The position numbers and the translations under genes were made by a program. This document shows, piece after piece, positions 49,995 through 61,900 of a stretch of 64,000 nt of DNA; position 1 is the first letter of the stretch, and each line of letters opens with the position of its first letter. The DNA lies in the NCBI GenBank assembly GCA_040954595.2, contig CM082598.2, positions 4,975,097 through 5,039,096 of the forward strand. Reading direction: 5' to 3'. Source of the stretch: Balanoglossus misakiensis (lineage: Eukaryota; Animalia; Hemichordata). The notes beneath the pieces are model-generated. The model was not told the DNA's origin. It saw nothing but the letters and a program-made list of their open reading frames with translations, and searched no databases.

Positions 49995-52900
49995 TACTCA
50001 CCTGTCTTGCTCTGAGAGCAACTTTAGCATTCTCGGTCTTATTCAGTGTTGTCAACTCACTCAGTATACCACTCAGGTCATCAGTTAAACCTGGTTCCTT
50101 TCCGCACAGGTGATCCTGTCCCAAAACACAACCATGACAAGATGAGAATGATGATTTAGGAAATATTTAAATTTCAAATTTAATGGCAACTAGAATAAAC
50201 GTATCAATAATTTTTACTCAGATTGGTGCATTTAAAAATCGGTATACCCGTTACTGCACAGTACAGTATGTTCAAATGTAAACACGTTAAAGAATAAACA
50301 GGGGTCCCAATCGTTTATTCAGAGTCCTGTTGCTAGAGTACACAATTAATGCATGTTCGAATTGCCACAAATTCAAAATAGTATTTTCCATCAGCTAAGT
50401 ACTAGTAGGAAAAGATTAAATTATTTCATTGTATAAAATACTGTAAAACACTTTTTTTTCGCGAGTTGAAATTATCGCGATATCGAGAGCGGCCACTGTT
50501 TCGCGAGTATTAATTTTCGCGTTCTCTTATTTCATTCACTGTATCGTTATCTTCAAAAAAATTTACGCGACTTTTTATTTTCACGCTATTTTGGCTCTCG
50601 CGTATTTCGCGTAAATTTATTGCTCGCGAAAATAAAGTGTTTTACAGTATACTAATTGGCAGCTCTTGGGGCTTTATAACACATTCCAAACATTATGAGA
50701 CAGAAAGTTGCCAACTTTTATACTTACAATAAGCATGATGACTAGCATATTCTTCTTTGCAACTTGTGCATGAGAGTAGATATGAGTGGCCACGGCTGAC
50801 ATGTCTCCTTTGTATTTCTCCCTCAGTGCCAACAGACATTTATCGTAGGGTCCTTGCTGGAACTGGCTCTCCACTTTCAGATACTGGCGTAGTAGTTCCT
50901 GCACTATGGATTTCATGTGGCCACGTATTCCGTTGCGATATCTGGTCAGAATAAAATGAAAGTTGTCACGTCAAATGCCAGCAAGTTTGGCCAGAATGTG
51001 GAATTGCGATATGATCTGGTCAAGTTAAAAGGGACAAAGTCTCTCTCTCGCTGCCCTTTTTCCATGTTTGATACAAGACACCGTTTATGTTATTCTACAT
51101 GTGGACATATAGTGAATCAACGTTCAACCACACACAACTTCCATCCCGCTTGTAGACACAAGAGTGAATAACTCGACAAAATGAATAATCAGTCTCTACC
51201 ATTTATTCATTTTGGTGAGATTTTTACTCTCATATCCTACAAACGGGATGTGGTACAACGTTCATTCACTATTTATCCACATGTACATTAACATAATGAT
51301 GTCTTGTACCAAATATAATTGATCGAAAAAGGGCAGCGAGAGAAAGACTTTGTCCCTTTAATTGTCGCAAAAAAGTCTGCATCTTGTTACATTTTGAACA
51401 ATGCACTGTGATGGGGTGTATGTACTTACCTTTGAACTAATTGTACAATACCCTGTGTATGCATGAAGAACATTTCACGGTCAGCTCTCTTGTTCAAGGT
51501 GGCTGCGTATCTATCTATTATGTTGGCGATCTGTAATTGAAATCATGTTTGAGAAGTTTATTTCAGTGTACATCTGCAAGTGTAGAGTTTTTCCCTGTTG
51601 AAATTTGTTTGGTGTTGGGGAGAGATGAAATCAATGGAAGCTGGAGAGTCAATCACACTGTTATTTCATGGCAGGTGCTGACATGTAAAGTCAATAGATG
51701 TTGTTGTGTGTGTGTGTGTGCCTGTGCATGTGAGTGTGCATGTATGTGCACATGTTTGTGTGCGTGTGTGTGTACGGGGGTCATGGTCATATCATTTGGT
51801 GCTAGGGAGTCAAATGACAATAACATGTATATATGCTACTGGGTGTCATTATGACACAGCTAGGATATTTTGTGCCAGGGAGTCAAAACACAGAATACCG
51901 CACTGGGCGAAAAGTTGATTATTTTTTACTTCTAGAATAACCATCTTCTTTGTCAACAGAATGGTTCTTACCTGTTGACTGGGGAACTGGCAGAGTACCG
52001 ATGTGATATTGCTGTTGTAAGACGCCAGAAGTTTCTTGATTTCTTTTTCCACACTGCTGGGAACTCTTCCTGAGACACAAGAGATCATCTCTTGCATTTC
52101 CAACAGAGGTATCGAGGGATCTTTCAGTGATTTCATTAACAGCTCCACTGTCTCATAGCACTAGAAAAACAAAGAACTAAAGGTGTTTGGTCGCCAATAT
52201 AAGCCAGGTAGTTTCCATAAGTAGAACTGTACACAACGTTTACACACTTGGGAAAAATACTGCATATCCTCAGAAAGAACCAAAGGCAAAGGTGGATTAA
52301 TAATGTTTATATTCAAGTCAACAGGCAGTGTATGTTTAATATTTCAGCTCTTCAATCAGGAATCTCTATGAGTTGTATATTCAAGTTCTTAATTTGTATA
52401 TGAGTACACAAAATCTAACTATACCATAATTGTAACTTTTCACATTCCTCAATATACATGTACATGTACCCTGTGATACCAATGCATGTTGAAGTATGAT
52501 CCCGTTTGATAGACTCACCTTGGCTCTGAAAAACTTGTCAGGTAAACAGTATCCATCCATGATGTTGTTCAGTGTCTCCCTGGAATTCTGGAAAATCTGG
52601 TGAAGTTTGGTTCCATGGGTGTGGCTCTCTGTTGAGTGTGTTGCTGGGAAGCCTTCCGTGTATGGTTGTGCCTGAATCATTAAAAAAATAATTTACTTAA
52701 AAATTCTTTCTTTCTATGTCCTACATAAAATTTGAAATTATGTTACCATGGCCCGTGCGTCGCATTTTAATTGGTCGAGATGAACGATGTCACTGACCAC
52801 AAATACTCAGTAATGGTTTGTTTACATGCCCGTAAATCTGAATAGTAATATTAGCAAACAGTTCAGTGAATGCAACATTTTGCGTAACACAAGTTCCGGG

Positions 52901-55900
52901 GCCCATAGTGAGACATTTTCGTAATTTTTCACGGTTTTCTTGAGTTCGTTGGTAATATGATGGAAATAACTGACTCCGCCCTGACCATTATCGTTTGTTT
53001 ATGGGCGCGGGCTCGAGGAAAGCCAAAATTCATGGGCTCGGAGTCTATATTATTGTGTTTCTACGTTCAACTACTCAGACAACTGGAATGTGTCTTATTG
53101 TTTTACTGAAATTTTTTTTTAATTAGACTAATGTGAGCACCTGTTTTTGATGGCAGAATTGGGAAACTCACCTTCTGAACTCTAGATGGGTCATCCAAAT
53201 TTAAGTGAGCTACAATACTTCCTTGGTCAAACACAGCTCCTGGTCGTTTCACATACATAACACTGAAAAAAAGATAAATATTCGCATCCAGATAAGGTTA
53301 TAATTATAATATGTGTCTCTCTGTCTAATTGTGTGACTATGTCTATTCATGTCCAGATGATGGTATATTGAAATATATCATTGGTAATCATACGATAAGA
53401 GGCTAGTTCAATTTTTCAGGACTTTCCAAGAGAAGTTTCACATTTTAGGACATTCTAGTATTTTCTAGGAGCGAACAATAATCCTGGAGCCATATTGATA
53501 AACACTTCACACATATCACTAAATACTTGTGAAAAAAAAAACACAGATTAGCTTAGCACCAACTATGCAAGTACCATGAACCAAACACTACTTTTTGCCA
53601 ATTCCAAACAAATTCCAAATTTGATAAACTGTACTCAGAAGACAGACACACAAAGACACAGTCACACCATGGTCTCTTATGGTCACATAAGACGTCAACA
53701 GACAGATATTTCTTCTTGAATGATGCATGTACAAAAAGTTCTAAAAAAAACTCAAAAGTACTCTCTTACCATCCATTCTCACTAACACTCAGCGTCATAA
53801 CCATTTTCATGACTTCAATCTCTGCATAGTGTTGCTGCGCAAAGACGTGGGCGCCGTCATCCACCAGGTACTTGAGGAGTCGTCCAGCCGAGGGTGACCT
53901 CAGCACGGATGGGTCATTCTCCTTCTCAAAGATGCAGGTCTTGTTGCCGATGACAACACGGTATCTGTGAGGGATATGATAGGGTAGAATTGAGTCATTT
54001 AGTACAGTGGAACCCTTGTACATGGCAAAAATCGGCCATATTGAAATTGTGTCGACCATGTGAGATTTTTATCACCCACCTAGGTAGCCAAAAACCTATT
54101 TAAGGTCGGGAGAATTGCGAACAGACAGGCTATGTTTTGGAAGTGCGGTATTTGAAAATGTCACTCAAATCTCGCCAAAAGAAATAAACGGTAGAGACCG
54201 ATTATGGCGAGAATTTCACTATCGTGTCTACAAGTAGGAAGGTCAAAAGTTGATTCACTATATATCCACATGTAGAATAATATAAAGAGTGTTTTGTATC
54301 AAACACAGTTAATGAAAAAAGGGCAGCAAGAGAGAGACTCTGTACCCTGATATCACTATTCTCACCTGTCCACTTCTTCCTTCATGTATGTGGTGTAACT
54401 GTGTCCATCGTAGGAGATTAACAAACTACCATCAGACAGCCTGTAAAAAGCATTTTTCACAAAATGAGAATTGCAGTGGACAAAATTTCTGTGCAATTAT
54501 TCAAATCCTCTTTTGATTGGACAGTGTCATTCCTCAAATTAGCATACTTACTTGTGTACATCTGTTTCAACGGAGGAGTCATTCATCACAAGGAAGTAGC
54601 TGTTTGGCCCTTGCTTGGAGACCTCGATGAAATACTTTGAACCTTCATAAATCAGTTCGACATCTCGGGTATAGTTCAGAGCTAAGGACTCAGCTGGGTT
54701 TATTGGCTGTCCTCTGATAAATTAAAAATTCAAACAGATTGTGGATTAAAGGTATACAGTCACCTCCAATTTACATACGCCCATATATGGCTGAAATGGC
54801 GTATTTGAGCGTTCTAAAGAACATATGGTGGCGCTCTTTTTTTCGCGTGTGCCACCCACTGAAAATCTGGGATTGGCTAGATCTCAATTTGCCATGGTAA
54901 CTATGGCTAAATTTCCATAGGTGACCGTATACATTTAACTAAGCGTACAACGTACATGTATGTTATTACAGTAGAAATATGGTTAAACTTCGCACATGTA
55001 TCAGTCCACTGTAAGTAGTCTTCATACAATGCAAGCATTTCCTTTCTCATGTTTGGTACACTTATTTGCTCAGCACACTAGCTAGTATTTTACTGCCAGA
55101 ATTTCAAATTCTTTTGAAACTGCAAAATGCCAAGCCCATGTGACAAAGTTTTGACCAATCATGGCACAGAGAACTACAAGTGGGACAATACAGAATTACA
55201 TATTTTAATCACTTTTCGCAAGACATAAAAATGATGACAATAGTTGACAACCAGAATAAAAGTCAAAAGATGGTAACTTTATGTTTTGCCAATGCTATAG
55301 TATAGGAACAAACCCACCTCTCAAGTGAATTGAAGATATTGTTGTAACTGTTTGTGATTGACCTTTCAGCTATGTGCACCGACCCACATATTAGCCCCAG
55401 CATAATATCAGGTCTCTCAGCCTGAAACAAAGAAAACAACAAAATTAGAAATGATAACAGTACATGTTCTTAAAGGTATACGGTCACCTCCAATTTAGAT
55501 ACGCCCATATTTGGCTGAAGTGGCGTATTGTAGCGTTCTAAAGAACATATAGTGGCGCTCTTTTTTTCGTGTGTGCCACCCACTGAAAATCTGTGATTGG
55601 CTAGATTTCAATTCGCCATGGTAACTATAGCTAATTTTCCATAGGTGACCGTATACCTTTAACAATAAATGTCTAACAAAACTGTGCATAAATAGAATGC
55701 AATTTGACCACCGCGTTTTTCAATATAACTTCATATGTAAAAAAAATCATTATAAATGGGGGTGGGGCTTTTGCCTGAGCAAGGGCTCTTACCAGGAGAA
55801 ATACTGGTAAAAGAACATGCACCATTGACAGAGTCCAGTTTGCGGCGGACATACTGTAAAACACTTTATTTCCGCAAGCAAAAAATTTGTGCGAAATACG

Positions 55901-58900
55901 CGCGAGCCGAAATAACGTGAAAATAAAATGTCGCGTAATTTTTTTAAAGATAACGATGCAGTAAATGAAATAAGAGAACGCAAAAATTAATACTCGCGAA
56001 ACAGTAGCCTCTCTCGATATCGCGAAAATTTCAACTCGTAAAAATAAAGTGTTTTACAGTACATACTTCTGGAATAGACGAACTGCCTGTATACTGACCT
56101 GCACTTTTTCAGCAATCAACATATCCAACCAGCCGGTGTCTATCTCGTTGTTCTGGAACATCTCTGTTTCCAGAATTTTCACCAGGTACTCGACTGTAGT
56201 CCGGAAGTCTCCGATGATCGACAGTTCCCTCAGCGCGACCACCATGTTTCTGAAAACAAAATATGCAGCAGTGGTATTGTCAGTTGAGTACCAGAGTACT
56301 TGAAAACTCCTATATCATAGCAACATTAACCCTAATGCTACTGGGTGTCATATCTGTTTAGAGTGTCAAGTCCCTTAAATACGTATTTGCCACTTTTTCT
56401 TCTAAAACGTATTTTGACTGTCTTGACATGGCTCTCGTGCATACTTAGACACACTTGGCAGTCTGAGCCCCCTGTAAAATGTACCAAATCGCACTGGTTT
56501 GCACTGTATGGTCTTGTATAGACCTTACTGAATAACACACACTTGGCAGCCTAACGGGCCTGGGAGCCAGAATTCTAGGCACCCTGGAAATCAAACCAGT
56601 TTCAATTGATGTGGCAGCGGTAGGGTTAAAATCTACATAACAGTTAAAGCGCATAGCTCGTCTCACACGCATGTTCCAACTGTAGCCGCTGGTTACAGAC
56701 GTTTAGTGAACAGTCAATCCCATAAGGCACTGCTCACACAAGATGGCGGCGACCATAATCTGTGTCGGAGATCAGGAAAAGACACCAGCTTCGGTGAAAA
56801 GGAGGGACGAAACCAGAATCTACTTATACGGTGCGCATGAAATATGGAAGGAAGCGAGGAAGTCCATTATTTGAATGCATCGAACGGAAAATTTGCTGGG
56901 AAGTTACACGCATGCGCATGAGACAAGCTACCCACTTTAAATACTTACTCCCTAGCATCTTCACGGTTTTCCCCCCAGGCAAAACAGTGTCCAAACTGCG
57001 AGTCGGCAAACTCATGCAATCCACCAGAGGCTGCCACACTGAAGTATCCCCACACGTTCTTGCTGCTGCGGAAGTTCAACTCGTGCACTGTACCGGAACT
57101 TGGTTTGAAACCCTGCAAGGAAGGAGTTTTTGGTAAGTCACTAGTCTAGTGTGTAGTCGAAACGTTGATTCACTATATATCTACATGCAGAAGAATAACG
57201 GTATACTAGTATTGTATCAAACATAATTAATGGAAAAAGGACAGCAAGAGAGAGACTTTGTCCCTTAAAGTGCTTCAACCCTTTACACCACTATGGTTTG
57301 GTCCAAGTCCGTTATTTACTATATAGTAAAATTGGACAGCTAAGACAGAAATTGTCATCAAAAATTTCAGGACATTACAGTTTTTTCTAAACAGAGAGTG
57401 GTATTTCAGGAGCAAAATTTTCAAATACTGAGTGATATACAGAGAACATTACGTGCCTGTGAGATTTGCAATGAGTGTATTGTATACTTCTACAACTTTA
57501 AATTGATTTGATGCAAGCTATAAAAGTCAACATGTATCTATCAATTTTGATGCAGTTTCACTGAGCAATTCTACAGTCATGGTATCTATGTGCATTTCCG
57601 CTGAGACGTCATATATATCCTTACCTCATCAGGGTTCTCACTGGTGATTCTAGCAGCTATGACATGCCCTCTTGGTTGTGGCATCATTTCAGGTCTGGAA
57701 TGTACAATAGTGTGTACAAACACGGAAACAAATGTCATATTGGGAACTGATAGATTCATGGTTGGGACTCAAAATAACATGAGTAGATTGCAAAAAGACA
57801 GCAGGGGGATTTATCAAGTTCAGAATATAGAAATAGGATGAAGACAAGAATCTGTACCTTTACAATTCAATGCAATACATGTATAATATAAAAATATAAT
57901 TTTATACATACACTGTTATACAATGCAATACATGTACAATATAATACAATGAGAGTATACATTTTATACATTGTACAATACAATGTATTCACAAAACAAC
58001 ACAACACAACACAACACAATGCAACACAACACAACACAATACACCACAACACAATGCAACACAACACAACACAATACACCACAACACAATGCAACACAAC
58101 ACAACACACAAGACAGCACACCACAACCCAAACTTACTCGTCAAAGTCTATTGCAGTATCTTCCCAAGAATTTTGCCCATACAAATTACGGATATCTTTG
58201 ATTCGATGGAGAGGTATTCCCATGGCAATCTGAGAATTTAATACATGTCTATGAGAAATAATCAAGGTTTGAACAGATCATAAACCAGTGGCAATTAAAA
58301 GGATATGAAATTGGCTATTTCCTTTTGCAAAGACCACTGACAAAACAGGTGATGTATATTGACAAGCAGTATACTCTTTACCCCATTTCCTTGAAAACCT
58401 ACACAGTTCACATACTCAACTTTTCACTCTTCTCCTGTTTAAGTAAAAGCACCCCCCCCTTTTAATAATGGTGAATCCCTACCTGTAGCTGACATGCGGG
58501 CAGATTGACATCAGCTACCATTTCAGTACAGGGGTGTTCAACCTGCAGACGGGGGTTGAGTTCCAGGAAGTAGAAGCCTTCAGACTCACTGTAGAGATAT
58601 TCCACAGTCCCTGCGCTGATGTAGCCCACCATCTTGGCCAGAGTAACAGCAGCCTAAAGATAAAGAAAGATTCAAGTATGATTTCAACAATAAAAGTGTT
58701 TATAAAATCTTGCTGGAAAGTGCTAAAAACAACACAGACGTCACAGAAGTACCCCTGGTATATACTTGGGCCATCCCAAGCAGAAAGGGGTCTTATTGGA
58801 GCGCGATACTTATGACCATAAGACCCCTTTCTACTTGGGATGGCCCACATGTATGTAAGTTGTAGAATGTGAGTTGAACCTAATATTTCATTATAGACCA

Positions 58901-61900
58901 CTCGGAAACAAAATACACAGACTTTTAATTCTTCAATATCAAATGACGTCAGACGCGCTCAGGCACAGTTACGTTGGCATTCAAATTTCCAGCTGACGGG
59001 CAACTTCAGCAACATTGTGGTGCAGACAAAGACTGTGCAGACGAAACACCATGAGGCTGACGAGGCACCATACCTGATACATGTTACGTGTCTGGCGGTT
59101 CTAAAGTAAAAACATACTCCGAAAAACTTTTACTGGATGCCGAAATATTGCTTGCCCGTCATCTGGAAATGACAGCGCCGTGGGTCACATGGCCAGATCA
59201 CGTGATTGATAGTAAAGAATACAATTTTTACCTGTTCCATTTGTTTTAGTGTCGCAAGCTCTGCCTTAGTGACTGGTGCTTCCTCTATGATTTTCTGGTG
59301 CCTTCTTTGGATGGAACAGTCACGACCAAATAAGGAGATTGCTTGACCATATTTGTCCGCCAGGACTTGAACTTCAAGATGGCGAGCACTGAAATAACAT
59401 GTGCGATATTAAGGTTGTATACAATACCTGTGGTGTGGATTTTGCAGCTGATGTTGGAGACTAACTACTGTAAAACACTTTATTTTCGTGAGCAATAAAT
59501 TTTCGCAAAATACGCGAGAGCCAAAATAATGTGAAAATAAAAAGTCACGTAATTTTTTTTTGAAGATATCAATGCAGTGAATGAAATAAGAGAACGCGAA
59601 AAATAATACTCGCGAAACAGTGGCCTCTCTCGATATCGCGAAAATGTTAACTTGCGGAAATAAAGTGTTTTACAATTACAGTAATTATTACAGGGTTCAA
59701 AAACTCATAATGCCCTAAATTCATAACTTGTATTTGAGATCACAGATTGCCATTTACAAAGAGGCATTGTGTTATTGTACTTAGAAACTATTTATTTCAC
59801 TTTTTTTACCATCATTGACTTGTTATGAAACAGCAAGAGACTAAAACTAGCTTCCATGATTTTCCAATAATTAAACGTCACATTCAAGAAATTCCAAGGG
59901 CTTTCAAAGTGATTTCAAACTCCAGGATTGAAGACCAGTATAAAGTTCTCCTTATTTACCTCTCTGCTAATTTCATGATGAAGATCGGTGAACCAGGCAC
60001 CTCGGACTGTACTTGACGGAAGGAATGTGCAAAATCGTCTTGGTTCTCAACTTTACGAATTCCTTTACCTCCGCCACCTTCAGAGGCCTTGATCATCACT
60101 GGAAAGCCAATTTTCTGGGCAGCCTAATGCAAGCAAAATAACATTGATGTCATTACACTGACATTTTGTGTAGAAATAAGGTACTGCACATGTTAATAAC
60201 ATACACATATACATGTAGTACAGATACAAACAAAGTTTCCGACTATTCCTGGCTACCCCAAGGCCAGCCCAGGTTAAAGGTATGCACTCAACGTTTTGAT
60301 TGATTGTTTGGTGGTGTACTTTTCTGTGTGGCCATCCCATAAAAATCTGTGATTGGCTAGACCTTAACTTTCTATGGTAACTGTGGCTAAATTTATTTAG
60401 GTGACCATGTAATAGCACCATTGAATGATAATTTTAATATACTGAGGTACACATGTAATAAATGGGTACTATAGCCCTCATGGCCAGCCAATGATATGTT
60501 CAGTGTAATGAAATCCAATACATGTACATGTACATGTATTACCGGTAATGAGGTTGGACCAAACCATTTCGTTGAAGGGGTGAACAACCCACACTCTTAC
60601 CTGCAACCCTTCCTCCACACCATCAACACACCCCTTTCGGTAGACATCATCAGGCACGGTGACAAGCCGCTTGCCTTCGGGGTCGTCTTCGTTCCACTCC
60701 ACTGTCAGACCAGATCCACTCCACGGCAAGGTAGGTATCCCTGCAGTCTGGGCAACGATGGAGGATGCAATCTTATCACCCAGCGACCACATGGCATTCT
60801 CGGGAGGACCTAACAGAACGAAATAGAATCAAGAAATACTACAAAATTATAAAAGATCATTCAAATTATGAAATACATGTACTGTAAAACACTTTATTTT
60901 CGCGAGCAATAAATTTTCGCGAAATACGTGAGAGTCAAAATAGCATGAAAATAAAAAGTCGCCTAATTTTTTTTTGAAGATAACGATGCAGTGAATGAAA
61001 TAAGAGAACGCGAAAATTAATACTCGCGAAACAGTGGCCTCTCTCGATATCGCAAAAATTTCAACTTGCGAAAATAAAGTGTTTTACAGTAGTAAGAAAT
61101 ATCCATATTGTGAATTATAGTAAAACCTGTCATTACGGACACCTGTCTAATCAGGATACCTTTCTATTAAGGACAATTTCTTCAAGCCAAGTCACAGTTT
61201 GAATAGGATATAAGGTCTATTAAGGACACCTCTATATTAAGGACATATTTTCTGGTCCCAGTTTCCTTGTACAGTACAACCTGTCTATTAAAACCAGACA
61301 CCAAACGATTGAAGAAATTGTTTCGTGTTCAGTTTATAGAGATTCTCTTAACATGTGGTTCTATTGCAAAAGGGTCTCGGTGGAAAAGGTGTTTGGTATA
61401 GACAGGTTTCCTGATTAGACAGGGTTCTGTTTTGATACTGTACTAGCAACACCAACCTATAAAGACTATGTTGTTCCGGTGAAGCAGTTCTGGCAGTTTG
61501 GGATTCTCCGATGCATGTCCCCATCCAGCCCAGACGGCTTGTACAGGTATACGCTTGGCGATGTCGACAATCACGTCAACATTTGCGTAGTTGTTGTTAT
61601 TGGTACCTCCAGGCACTGAGACATAGTGGTCGGCCATTCTGATGTATTCTGAAGAAAATGTAAACAACAACATAACAACATTAAAGGGACAAAGTCTCTC
61701 GCTGTGTGACCTTTTTCCATTAATTATGTTTGATAAAAGACACTGTTTATGTTATTCTACATGTGGATATATAGTGAATCAACATTTGATCACACACAAC
61801 TTCCATCCTGTTTGAAGGATATGGGAGTAAAAACTCGCCAAAATGAATAAGTAGTAAAGACCGATAATTAATTCAGTTCTTACCAGCATTTGCTTTGAGA

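Noticed and set aside
12375-61091. Recurrent short ORFs containing [23 protein letters not shown] or [14 protein letters not shown]
   Set aside because: They come from repeated non-coding MITE families A, C and D; no DDE transposase motif is seen.
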